From contig OZ024740.1 in NCBI GenBank assembly GCA_964016885.1, positions 195,734,001 through 195,798,000 of the forward strand: DNA of 64,000 nucleotides. The letters run 5' to 3'. Numbering within the stretch: position 1 is the stretch's first letter; each line of letters starts with the position of its first letter. The DNA comes from Eledone cirrhosa (lineage: Eukaryota). The position numbers and the translations under genes were made by a program. Under the pieces are notes generated by a model. The model was not told the DNA's origin. It worked only from the letters and a program-made list of their open reading frames with translations, and searched no databases. Shown here one piece after another: positions 48,455 to 61,150 of this stretch.

Positions 48455-49600
48455 TGAAGCATACAAACAATCTGAACCCCCAAAGTTCGGTTTTATGCAA
48501 AGGCTAAACACGTTATGGAACTCCAAACACCCAGAATTAGACTTTTCTCCAAAGCATTTAAATGAACAGCCAAAACGTATCATTATATGTAAATTGATAC
48601 ATCTAACGGAATTGAGTGATACTACAAATACAGCCCTTGTTGACAACCACCCCACCTCCACTGACAGACAAAGAGAATGGCCAACTAAATCTAATAGTGA
48701 ACAGCTCACCAACAATTTTGCTGAAATCCATCCCACTTCCACTGAAGAACAGCGAGAAAGGTCAGCTAACTCTAGTAGTAATTGTCACCACATTAACAAC
48801 GAGGCTGAAATTCATGACTCTACTGTACAAACAGAACACCAAAAACTTGTGGGCACCTTACAAGTGATATGGGACGATATGTTTCAAGAGATACACAGCC
48901 TTAATGTGAGTGACAGACCATACAACACCAGAATCAGTAAAGAACCCACTAAATTGGAATTGGAAGCGGTGAACGAAATAGCTGGCAATTATCTGAAGGC
49001 TATACGATCTAAAGGTGTAGAAATGACATTTGAAACGCTTAATATTTTGTTGTATGTTTCAGCTGTCACATTGCTATCATATAACACACATCTAAAACCA
49101 CGCAATCAAGATACAAACAAAAAGCCTGTACCAGCATGGATGCGAAATTTAAAAAGCAAAATTTTGTCCCTGAAACGAAGTATTTCACACATCGCAGTCG
49201 TTATGAAATGCAACATAGAGAGCAACTTCACACGACACCAGGAAGACCTAAAAAAAAAGTTAGAGAGACGATTTGGAGATACAAAATTTAAAACTTTGAA
49301 CTCCAAATTACACCAGTTGAAACAACAACTCACAGCTACAACAGAAAGACTAAAGTCAACAGCACATAAACGACAAGTGCTAAATAGATTGTTTGCCAGA
49401 GATCCTAAATCAGTTTATCGCAGCTTCGGTGGCAAAAGCTCAATCCCTGTAAATGACACCCCTTCAAAAGAACAGGTTGAGAGCTACTGGAGATATGTAT
49501 GGGAAACGGATGACGGATTCAACAGACAAACTAATTGGCTAAAAGAACTGGAACAGGACTACTGCACACATGTCCAGACAAAACAATATGACATAGATGG
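48455..49600 (+). mobile_element. R4/Dong-like element, N-terminal ORF fragment
   Basis: FMQRLNTLWNSKHPE, PAWMRNL, NRLFARDPKSVYR and PSKEQVESYWRYVW are typical pre-RT motifs of the R4 clade. Truncated before the RT. Confidence 0.75.
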
Positions 49601-50230
49601 TATGATGTAAATAGTAGGAGTAGGTATTCTCCAATAAATTTATAATGATATGATGTAGAATGGTATAGTTTGGGGTAGTTTAATGTGGTGTGGTCTGCTT
49701 TATTATAATGTGTTTCCCTATAAAGTAAGGACTTTAATTACCACTTTGAATCAAGTCAGAAAAACATCTTTCCTCTGTTTTTTCCCTGTGCTATTAACCA
49801 ATCCAACTGCCAAGATGCTTGCAGTTGACTAAACAACAAATATGAATTGCACTGCAATAAAAAATGACTAGCTTTGTAAATGGTATACTACATACATACA
49901 TATATATATATATACACAATATATTAATAAATGGAAACTATATTTATAAAACCATATTTATTTTATACATTTTTCAGGGGCCACCGCTTTCATCAGATAA
50001 AAAATATATATATATACATACATGCGACCCCTGTAACGTTTTTAATAATTATTTGATATTACTTACCTTTTTCTTATCTTTTGCTTTTACTGTTTTGCTT
50101 CTCCGGCGATTGGTGACATTCGCGCTATTGAATGTAGAAAAATGGCGCCAAACTTTTCCTTTTAAAAGAATAATGTGATTTATCACGTGATATTTCCTCT
50201 AAATATGTGAATACGTAGATACGTATTTTT

Positions 50231-50640
50231 GGCACTACAACGCTATTAGCTGTCAGTCGTGAAAGTAGGCGAAGGTGACGTCATTCGTCATCGTTTATTT
50301 CCGTATTACTACCACCGCGCGTAAGTGGAGTTTTCACGCGTTTTTTTTATTTTTTTAATTAAAGCATATCGATGTAAGTGAAGTTACTTAAATTAAAATA
50401 TAGGTGGCTCTTAAAAGGGCCAAATTAGAAAACAAATTTAAGTTAATTAGAAAACAAGTCATGGTTATCAAATAAATTGGATTTAATCATTTATATTTTC
50501 ATAGTCATGGTTATCAATATAAAAACAAGTCATTTTTACCAACAGTGGAATTACTTCTGACAGCTAATACCATGAACTATATTTTCATACTCATGGTTAT
50601 CAATGTAGAAAACAAGTCATTTTCACCAACAGTGGATAGA
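50231..50640. mobile_element. Non-autonomous derivative of the Merlin element
   Basis: Starts ggcactacaacgctattagctgtcagt like 18973. Shares the 19190-19320 and 20530-20633 subterminal blocks. No transposase. Confidence 0.8.
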
Positions 50641-50804
50641 TAGTGTAGTCCTAGATTAATATGCCTAAAAAAATACCCGGTTGTCACAGTTGAAGTGTCA
50701 TCATAGGTTGGCTAGGAATCGTTGTCAATATACAGCTAAAAATAAGGAAATGAAAATATTTTCCTTTCAACCTTCCAAAGTAGATAAACTAATGTATCAG
50801 TCTA

Positions 50805-51230
50805 AATATAATGATTTCTACTTTAGGCCAAGGTCAGCAATTTTAGGGGAGGGGAAAGTCGATTACATCGACCCCAGTATTTACTGGTGCTTTATTTTAT
50901 CGACCTCATAAGGATGAAAAGCAAAGTTAAACTTGGCGGGATTTGAACTCAGAACATAAAGGGCCATAACTCTATGCTGTTAAGCACGTTGTCTGACGCT
51001 CTACCAATTCTGCCAAACCACCTACCAATCTAAATATAATTGTTTCTACTTTTTGGCACAAGGCTAGCAATTATCTCAGTGTATTACTGGTACTTTATTT
51101 TATCGACCCCCGTAAGGCAAAGTTAATCTTGGCGGGATTTGAACTCAGAATGGCAAGGGCCGTAACTCTATGTGTCAAAGCATGGCGTTTGACCCTCTAC
51201 CGATACTGCCAATCCACCTACCAATCTAAA
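50805..51230 (-). mobile_element. Two tandem tRNA-derived SINE copies (family of 1985-2665); a partial copy also at 45690-45797
   Basis: Same tatcgacc..aaggatgaaa..caaagttaa..ggcgggatttgaactcag block. Confidence 0.8.
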
Positions 51231-51817
51231 TATGATGGAGTTGATTCAGTACTCCTATAAAGTATCTTAGCTGTGAATATATATAGATAGGGTCATAAAG
51301 GCTAAGAGACAGTCTTGGGGATAAAAAAATAACAACAAGGAAATAGAAGTCTTACTATGAGAGGTTGTTGATTATGGCAAATGAAGGTCTACCTCAAGTA
51401 GACCTAAATGAAAGATCAGCCATAAAAGTTGACAGCAGTATGGTTTGAGACCTTCCTGCACCACCTTTCTCCTTCACATCGCCTCCTCTCCTCTGAACAC
51501 CACCCAACTTGTCACACACCCATACCTCTATACTTATCACACTCCATGACATCATGTTCAGAGTGTGACAGCTAGACTGGCCCATACAGCATACATCAAG
51601 CAATATACAGCTTGATGTATGCTCTTTCTCATCACTGTCTCCCCAGCTGGGCCAAGGACAAGATGAGCACCCAAGTGTTGTTATGAGGTAGTACTGGAGA
51701 CATGATAAATCATACCCTATCCACCTTGTAAAATGGTAGTGCTGGTGCCTTAACATAAAGCACCCAGTCTACCCTGTAAAGTGGTTGACAATAAAAACCA
51801 TCCAATCCATCTTTTAA

Positions 51818-52036
51818 CCCTTTAGCATTTAAACCAGCCATATCCGGCCAGAATTCTCTCACCTCTTTCTGTTCAAACCAGCCGTAACTGACTACTCATA
51901 CTGACGTTGAGGTATTGTTCTCAAAATAAATAACATCAAAATCTCGTAGTCGATATTTTGTGAGATAATTATGTAAGATAAAGCTTTTACCACAAAAATA
52001 CAATAGTATATATAGAGTAATGTAAATGCTAAAGGG
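51818..52036. mobile_element. piggyBac-type MITE
   Basis: 14-bp perfect TIRs CCCTTTAGCATTTA/TAAATGCTAAAGGG with TTAA on both sides. Confidence 0.85.
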
Positions 52037-52674
52037 TTAAGATGGTAGTGTCAGTGCCACAACTAAAAACACCAAGTATATCCTATAAGGTTGCATTGCT
52101 GGTGCCATGAGAAAAGATCCCAGTACATGCTGTAAAGTGGTTAGGATTAGGAAGGGCATCCAGCCATAGAAAAGCAAGCCAAAAATGGAATGTATGAGCT
52201 AGAGAATGTCCCCTGATGTGTCAAGCCACATAATGTCAGCCCATATAACCTATGCAAGCATTGAAAATAGGTGTTAAATGGTGATTGATAATGATGATGA
52301 TATATTCACACATATATCATCATCCAAACCCATGTGAGCGTGGAATATGGACGTTAAACGAAGATGATGATGATGATGATGATGATATCTATATATATAT
52401 ATAAACAAAAAAGGTGTGGTAAGATACCAGGTGGATCATAACGCACCAAAGTACTCGATACTTAGGGTAGTAGAGTGGGTAATAGGAAAAGAGTCAGGAC
52501 CCCGACGGCTGAGCTCCAGCTCTTTTGACAGTTAGATCTAGCTGTCGAAATGGCCGGAGCTCAGCCGTCAGGGTCCTGACTCTTTTCCTATATATATATA
52601 TATATATATACATATGTGTGTGTGTGTTTGTATTATATTTGTATGTATATTATTTGTATATATATATCCTCAGC

Positions 52675-52975
52675 ATCATTTAACATCTATCTTCCACGCT
52701 TGCATGGTTTAGATGGGTTGTCGTATTATGAGACAAGTCAGGAGACTATGTCTTGCTCACACAGATCTGTATTTTGGCTTCATCTCACTAACATGCAGCA
52801 TCACACATTGCACTCAGGTATCATAGTTATCCTTTTGTACGTTGGGAAAAGCCTTTTTTTTGTCAACAGTGAGATTAGCTCTCTAAACTTTTTCCATCCT
52901 ATCCTTATTCTAGTTATTATGCTCTTAGAGCATCCTCCTCCACTGATAATTAAATCACCTAGATAGCAGAAAATT
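52675..52975 (-). mobile_element. Degenerate RTE fragment (family of 29785-31675)
   Basis: Minus strand FCYLGDLIISGGGCSKSIITRIRIGWKKFREL, followed by the 3'-tail aaccatgcaagcgtggaa...gttaaatgatg. Confidence 0.7.
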
Positions 52976-53674
52976 AATTTGTAAGGAACTTAATTCGATT
53001 CCAATCCAATCCAAGGCCTTCTCACTCCTGTTGAAGGAACTCCTCCCTGGTTGACCTCCACCGCTTTCTATTTGGTTTGGGTCATGTCAAGGGTGTAGCC
53101 ATATTCACCAAACTTGGCCAATTGCTGGTGGGTGAGGCTATTTAACCTAGAGTTGGGATGGATGGCCTTTGACTCTGGTGAGTTCATCTGCCCTTTTAAC
53201 AAGTCTTGTTTTTGTGCTGCTGGGGTTCCACTTACCCTCCTCAGCAGATGAGGGTCTGCTGTGGGAGTCAGTTTAGTCAGTGAGTACTTCACCATGAATC
53301 AGGTTGTACTGGATTGCATGGTACTAGTAGCAGACAGAATTCCTCTTCTCAGTACTAAATATAATTCCAACCAATCCCAAACATAATTACCCATTTTTTC
53401 ATTCACCCTCTCAATTTTTTTTATACACTTATTTTTATTTATTCATTCATGTAATTCTTTTACTTAAACACCTGTTATTTTTTTTATATAGATACAAATT
53501 AAAAACCACATATATCTATTTTTAAGTTGAATCAACTAAATAACAGTGTTTCTTTAATCATTATTATCATTATGGCCACAGTTGAACATTCCTGACAAAG
53601 TCTCTGCATAATTCATAACTTTCCATTGCTCCTGGCAACTGCTCCCTACTGAGGTTTGTATCGTCCAAGAGTTG

Positions 53675-56600
53675 TGTGGGTATGGTGTGGCGTGTGGTGG
53701 CCGGAAGCTGGGGAGTGCTCGACCAGAAGGGTGCTTGGCCGGAAGGGTGCTCGACCAGAAGGGCCAGAAGATCGGCCTCTCTCTAGTGGTGACCAGCAAC
53801 GGTGTGGACGCGAGTTTTGGCAGCTCCCGGTGTTAATGAGTTGGACGCACGTGGAAGAGGAGAAACCAGCAATGGGATTTAGCGGCGCCTATGGAAAGCG
53901 GTGAGTGAGATAGCTTTTTCTAACCACAAGCTATTTCGGCATTGGAAACTGAGATCTGATTGAAAAAAAAAGCTACTGGAAAAACAGAGAGGAGTCTGTT
54001 TTTTTTTTTTTATCACATACCGCAAGACAAATTAGAATATGGCGACGAGACTACGAACAAGCGAAGCGATCAGGGCATTTACCGGTGAAGGTGATGTTGT
54101 CTCTTGGCTGCGAAAGGTCCGGCTGGTCGCAAGCTTACAGAAGATAGAAGATGTGGCTGGCCTCATGGCACTGGACCTCGAGGGGGACGTGTTGGTACTC
54201 TTCCTTGAGTTGGACGAACACAGCCAAAGAGATGCGCAAAAGATTGAGAGGCGCATGATGGAAGCGTTTGCAGAGGGACTGTTAGCCGCTTTCGGTAAGC
54301 TGGCAAGAATTAGATGGAACGGTGAACGAGTTGACATTTTCGCAGCGGAAATACGGCGATTGGCCATGTTCGCTGGATATCAGGTGGAATGCGAATGCAC
54401 GGTGCGGTTGGCGTTCATAAATGGATTTCCAGACGACATAGCGGTGAAACTGCAGCAAGTCCCGGGTTACAAAGAAATGGAAATGCGTTCACTGGTGGAA
54501 CAAGCCCGGATCATAGCAGAAGATGCCAAGAAGAGTGTCGCGGCGATAGCAACTACAGAGGGAGGCAACCACGGCACGCGGTCGCCCGCGAACGTTTAGA
54601 GGTCGCTGTTTTAGGTACCAGGGCCCGCACATGGCTAGAGACTGTAGAGAGTCAAGGCCGGAAATAATATGCTACCGGTGTAAGCGACCAGGCCACATCG
54701 CTACTAACTGCGACCAGGGAAACGATCCAAGGGGAACTACTGCACCGGTAGTTGCCCCTTACGAGTAGAGGCGCTGCCCGTGGTGGAAGTCTTCGTGAGG
54801 GGAAAGCCACAGCGAGCCCTTGTGGACACGGGCTGTACGACGACACTGGTGACTGTGGGGGTGGCGCAGAGGTGGAGAGGGAAGAGCAGTGTAAGGGCAG
54901 TCGACGGTAGGAAAATTGAATGCCGAGGTCGCAGCGAGATGGAAATAGCGGTACGGAGAAGGGAAATAAGGCTTTCTGCCATCGTTGTAGACAGCGTGGT
55001 GGATGGGATCGGCGTGGTTATGGGCATGGACGCAATTGGCCGTCTAGGAGGCGTCACAGTGAACAACGTCGGTGTGTCGTTTGGCGCCGCTGCATCGGTA
55101 TGCGCTGTGAGTGCGCGACAGGAGAACCAGAAGGCCCACGAGGAGAAATACCCTGCTTACACTGTGCAGGACAAAGACTTCAAGTCCGTGTTCGATGGGC
55201 AGTGATGGGTTGTTGAGTGGTACTGGAAGGGAGAACCACTAACACTGAAGACCAAAGTGGGTTGCTATCAACAAACATTGAAGGGAAACATTAGGAGCGA
55301 GTTCGAGCGAGAGGTAGAGAGATGGATTGAGGAGGGCATACTGCTTCCCTGGAAAGAGGAGGTGAAGTGCGGAGTATTGCCGTTAATGGCGGTGGCGCAA
55401 CCCACGAAGAACAAGGTGAGGCCGGTGCTGGACTTTCGGGAGCTGAACGAGCACGTGTCATGCCATACGGGTGGCGAGGTCACGGATGTCTGTGGGGAAA
55501 CCCTGCGTGAGTGGAGACGCATGACGGGGGGTTCAGCAATCGTAGATCTAAAATCGGCATACTTGCAATTGCATATAGATGAGAAGCTCTGGCAGTATCA
55601 GCTGGTCAGGTATAAGGGCCGGACATATTGCCTGACCAGGCTCGGTTTCGGGCTGAGCTCCGCACCGAAGATCATGGTGGCGGTCCTCAAGACCATTCTG
55701 GGAAAGGCCAACAAGATGAAGAGGGCCACTAACTCCTACATTGACGACATGCTAGTGGACGAGTCTGTGGTGTCGGTGGCGGAGGTCACGAGCCATTTAC
55801 AGAGGTATGGACTGGCTGTGAAGCCGTCAGAAGCGTTGGAGGGAGGAGCCGCTCTGGGACTTAGGCTACAGCGAGACAGGACGGGCGTGTTAGTATTCCA
55901 GAGGGGAAATGAAGTTCCAGAACTGGGCCCAAGTATGAGTAGGCGGGAGCTTTTCTCGGTGTGTGGAAAGTTGGTGGGTCACTACCCGATTGCTGGGTGG
56001 CTCCGGACGGCATGCAGCTATGTCAAGAGACGAGCGGGAGGAGTGACTTGGAGTGACAGAGTGGGAGAGAGGACGGTGGCCATGATGCAGGAGATCGTGG
56101 GGAGGGTGAAGGCCGACGACCCAGTGCGGGGACGCTGGTATGTTCCCAAATCGCAGAGCGGGACCGTATGGTGCGATGCCAGCAGCATAACGCTGGGTGT
56201 CACGTTGGAGATAGGAGGTGTTGAGGTCGAGGATGCAGCCTGGCTTAGGAAGAAGGACGACTGCAACCACATCAATGTGGCCGAACTGGACGCAGTGTTG
56301 AGAGGGGTGAACCTCGCCCTGAGGTGGGGACTGCGCACCATCGAGATACGCACCGACTCGGCTACTGTACTCGGATGGGTGAGATCAGTGCTCACCAGTG
56401 AGAAGAGAGTGCGAACGAGAGCGGCGGCGGAGATGCTGATAAAGCGCCGCCTGGGAACTTTAGGAGAGCTGGCCACCGAGTTCGACCTGAGGCTGAGCGT
56501 AGTTTTCGTGCCCTCAGAGAAAAATAGGGCGGACGTCTTAACTAGGGTGAAGAAAGCCTGGATGGAAGCGCCGGAGGAGGTAGAAGATGAGATAGCTGCC

Positions 56601-57841
56601 ATGTGTTGGCTGACCGAGTCGGATCTGAAAGGGTTGCATGACATGCACCACATGGGAGTGGATAGGAGCCTGTTCCTAGCCAGGAGAATCGACTTGGACG
56701 TTAACAGACACAGTGTTCAAAGGGTGGTTAGAGGCTGCGTCTGATGTCAGTCCATTGATCCCGCCCCGGGTGTGCACGAAACGGGAAGCCTCCCGATGGA
56801 TCGCGACTGGAAGCGATTGGCAGTGGATGTAACGCACTACTGACAGGGAACGTACCTCTCGATGGTCGACTGTGGACCAGGACGGGTGGCGATATGGAGG
56901 GAGATGAAGACTGGAACGGCCGAGGAAATCATGCAGACGTTGAGAGAGGTGTTCTTGAAGCGAAGCCCTGTGGACAAACTGCTGATGGACAACAGCACAG
57001 CGTTCTGCTCGGAGGCGCTGAGGGAGATGCTCAATGGATGGAAGGTGGACCATTTCTTCAGAGCAGCGCACGGGCCGAGCGGGAATGGAATTGTGGAGCG
57101 ACACCACCGGACGATCAAGGCAATGGCGGAGCGGGGCCATATCTCACCAATGGAGGCAGTGTTCTGGTACAACATGTCCCCTCGGGTGGGACAGGTCGAG
57201 GAATCGGTGCCACACAGAGCAGTATTCAGATACGAGTGGCGGCACCCGTGCACGCCACACAACGGCCAGTGGGGAGAGAGAGTGCATTCGTGCAGGTGGG
57301 CGAAGAAGTCTGGGTTAAGGCGCCAGATGCACGTTGCACATCTCAATGGGGAAGGGAAACAGTGATGGCTGTAAATTCCCAGAACAATGTGTCCGTGGAC
57401 AGAGTACCACGTCATGTCCTGGATGTCCGTAGAATCACTGTGTCAACGGACTCCGAGGAAGAGGAAACCCAAAGTGCTGCCCCAATACTGCGGAGATCGC
57501 AAACAAGTCGCAAACCACCAACCTGGACAGCAGACTTTCATATGCAGAAGGACGAGGGGGAAATTGATCCTTGAGATCAGGGGGGCGTGTGGGTATGGTG
57601 TGGCATGCGGTGGCCGGAAGCAGGGGAGTGCTCAACTGGAAGGGTGCTTGGCCGGAAGGGTGCTCGACCGGAAGGGCCACCAGATCGGCCTCTCTCTAGT
57701 GGTGACCAGCAACGGTGTGGACACGAGTTTTGGCAGCTCCCGGTGTTAATGAGTTGGACGCACGTGGAAGAGGAGAAACCAGCAGTGGGATTTAGTGGCG
57801 CCTATGGAAAGTGGTAAGTGAGATAGCTTTTTCTAACCACA
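53675..57841 (+). mobile_element. Gypsy-superfamily LTR retrotransposon, full length but defective
   Basis: 254-bp LTRs at 53675-53928 and 57588-57841 (TG...CA; ~14 mismatches by eye). 5-bp TSD AGTTG and PPT AGGGGGG before the 3' LTR. Confidence 0.95.
54039..57574 (+). pseudogene. gag (two CCHC-type knuckles) and pol (protease, RT, RNase H, integrase)
   Basis: CYRCKRPGHIATNC, ALVDTG, RPVLDFRELN, DLKSAYLQ, YIDD, WCDAS, HINVAEL, TDS, HHMG..CxxC, MDNST and NGIVERHH. In-frame stops end at 55205 and 56744, with another near 56841. Confidence 0.92.
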
Positions 57842-59554
57842 AGTTGATCAATTAATTTTTTAGCAGGCCTTCCTCTAATGTATCTTGTGTCAGCTGGTTC
57901 CCACAATAATAGCTTGTGTATACCTTCCTGCTTACTTCTCCAGCAAATTGTTACCATCTTTGAGCAATTGTAGTTGTTATCTTGGCCAAGTTTCCATCAA
58001 AACTGTTTCTTTAATAAATAAATAAATAAATAATCCATTTATCATCACCATCATCCTCATTTTAAGTCTGCTTTCTATGTTGGTATGGGTTGAATGGATT
58101 GTGACAGTTCAAGTCAGTTCTGGATTTGTTGGTGGATCACATTTTGCATATATCTCATTTCTTTTTGCGTGGTTTCTGTGGCTGGATGCCCTTCCTAAAG
58201 CTAACCACTTTACAAAATGTATTAGATGCAATTTATTATGGGACCAGCACTTGAGAGTTTGTTGTGCCCCCTTGACTCTATGTTGCTTCTGTTTATTTGT
58301 AAACCATTTTACAGATTATATTGAGTGCAGATTGAGGCTGTCTTATGACTTACAAAGCTAAACAGTTCCTCACTATCCTACAATTTTTCTGTTTGTTTAA
58401 AACAACATGGCCAAGAATATGAATAGAAGAAAGAACGATAACAGATGAAGGACCTGGGTGAATGGATGATGAGCAGAATAGAGTGGTTGAGTAAGAGGAG
58501 AGTAGTGAAGGGAGTAAAGGAAGAGAGACACTGTTGGAGGAGGTAATGGAAGATAGAGTGTGTGTAAAGGGTAATGGAAGAGAAAGACAGTAATGGATTT
58601 CTAGTAATCTTATCAGATGAGGGTTTAGAAAACCTCTAATCTTAATTCCTTCTTCCATGTTACTCTGAAATATTTCCAAATTTAGTTATATGATACTGAG
58701 ATTAATTTGCCAGACAACACCTGGGGAAATATAAAATAGCTTGAAGTGTTCAACACTAAAACAAACAGCAGACATATTACCAACATGCTATGACTTACTA
58801 AACTTTGATATTCATCTGAATAAAATAAATAAACCAAAGATTTTCAACAGTTTTTATATTATTTGTTTCTACAATTAGTTGGAAACTACATAGATTATAG
58901 AGGATTCTTCAAACTTTCAGGGGTCAAGGTAACTACTCTAATGTTGTCATCTTGATAAATTGAACCCAATATACTCTGTAAAGTGGTTGGTGATTAAATG
59001 GAGAAAATGTAGTTTCAAAAAGATTTTTTAGTCTTGTTGAAGAAATGGCAACTTCTCTAATGTAGGTGTCATGATAAAATACATCCAGTACACTCTGTAA
59101 AGTGATTAGTGTTATGAATGGGCATTCAAACATAGAAATCATGCCAAAAATAGAACGATGAGTGAGACATGGTTACCCAGAGGGAAGTAATAAGGAATAT
59201 GAATTGATCTGGATCATATCAACCCATGCTAAGATGATGGCGGCAGCAGCAACGACAACAACGATGAGGAGGAGGAGGAGGAAGAGGATAACAGCAGTTT
59301 TGGTGATTGGTATGAGGATGGTGGTGATTATAGAAGAAAAAGATTGCCTTTCAAACTAAAATATTAAAAATCTCCAGGGTAAAATATGGCACTATATTTA
59401 TTGGAACACAATGATCTACCACCATCCATTGAAACGTATTGGACATACAAGACTATAAGGCAGCTGCTATATAGTTATTCTACCTGCTAGAAATGGCAGC
59501 CAAATTTCTCATAAACCACATCCTAGTATCTTAAAAAAAAGAACATATTAAATA

Positions 59555-60540
59555 ACTTATAAAATCAGGTAAAGACGTTTATGGACGGAAAAAAATGTTG
59601 CCAGCAACCACTATGAGGAATTGAACCTCATATCTTTCAGATACCAGCTTAATGCTTTTGTCATTGGGCTTAGTGGCCTCCAACAACATCTGACTGTCTT
59701 AATTAAGGTACTCAGCCAGGAGAGATATGAGTTTTGATTCCTCATAGCAACCACTGGTAATTTCTTTTTCCATCTATAAAAGGCCTTCATTCAATTTTAT
59801 AAGCTTATCTTCAATGGCAACTCACCTAACCAAGGTAACTGGTGATGCTCATGAGGGCAGTTGGTTGTTCCAGCGCATCAGCCTCACCATCAGCTGAGGT
59901 AATACTGTGGAGATGTTAGATTGCCTCAAAAATTATTAGAGAGGTTTCCCAGTGCTCCTTGCGATATCTCATTATCTTTTGCTCTGGCAGCGGTTCATTT
60001 GTCCACTCCTTTCGCCTGCCTTTTGTTGTATGTGATCCTAGATGTATGAACTACCTGCTTGTGTGTTTTTTCTTTCTTTTTTTCCTTTCCCTTTTCTTTC
60101 TCTTTTTTTAATTATTTGTAATGTTATTTATACAACTCTTCAGTAAATAAAAATTCAAATCTCATTTATAGCAACCAATTGTACTTACAGTTATTCTTCA
60201 GCACCTGAGCATATTACATTTTCTATAAACCTTACATTCTCTCAACACTTCGTAAGTTTGAAAGTTTGAGCTTTGCACACACTGTTTGTTCACATTTTCA
60301 AAGCTGTTTGATTTAGCTCCCTAATTCAGACAGTAAGATGTTATCAGACAACCTTAGCTCAATGGCTAGAGCACTCAGCTGATATCTGAGAGATATGAGG
60401 TTTGATTCCTCATAACAGCTACTGGCAACTTCTTTTTCTTCTATAAGGGGTCTTTACCCAATTTTGTAAGCTATTTATAGCAACCGACTGCATTTCCAGT
60501 TATTTTTCGCCACCTGAGCATATTACATTTTCTATGACCT
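59555..60540. mobile_element. Degenerate tRNA-headed repeat, three partial copies (one inverted)
   Basis: TAGCTCAATGGCTAGAGCAC...GAGGTTTGATTCCTC at ~60355-60412 (+), a minus-strand copy at ~59555-59680 and a plus-strand copy at ~59710-59805. Confidence 0.5.
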
Positions 60541-60799
60541 TTATATTAAACTAGCCACTACACTCGCCTCCACATTTCTGCTTAATCTACAAGGTGTCAG
60601 CCCTTCTATCAATATACAAAAACGAAAGGTCCAATTCATTGAGGATTGGGTTAGTAACCATCCACACCACATCCTTTTCTTCATCTGAAACCCATCTCGA
60701 CAACTCCCACTCGATTTCTTTACAACAGGTGGTAATATCACATTCTCCAATAGCTACTGTGAATCAGTCACCATGCACAACAAAGCCAATGATTTGATA

Positions 60800-61150
60800 G
60801 TAGCTGGGCTCTATAGGCCACCTCAAACGCCTATATTATGCTTTAAAGAATGCCTCAACAGCATTAGGTGTTTTATATAACAGTGCTATTCTGGTAACAT
60901 ACTTAAGATGGGTGACTTCAATCTACCCCATGTTGATTGGTCTACAAACAGTTTGAAACCAGGCACTTCCATCTCAACTGCTGACAAAGAATCATTAGAG
61001 CCACTTCTCGATTTTATGGGTGAGTTTTTCTCGTCCCAACTTACCTTTACAAGCTATCAGAAAAACATTTTGGACCTAGTGTTTAGCAACCATACTAACA
61101 CTATATATAATATTACAGTGGGGAAAAAATCCTTCTTTCAGACCATGACA
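60800..61150 (+). pseudogene. CR1/L2-type APE endonuclease remnant
   Basis: GLYRPP, MGDFNLPHVDW and NILDLVFSN motifs, with stops. Confidence 0.75.

Noticed and set aside
49961-50002. Additional hammerhead-like strings (minus 49961-50002; also ~61790-61840 and ~5712-5755)
   Set aside because: The core or stems are too degenerate to call by eye.
60350-60420. Possible tRNA gene (also the heads at 24760-24834 and 2560-2660)
   Set aside because: A and B boxes are present, but there is no proper acceptor stem and each continues into repeat body sequence, so these are SINE heads.
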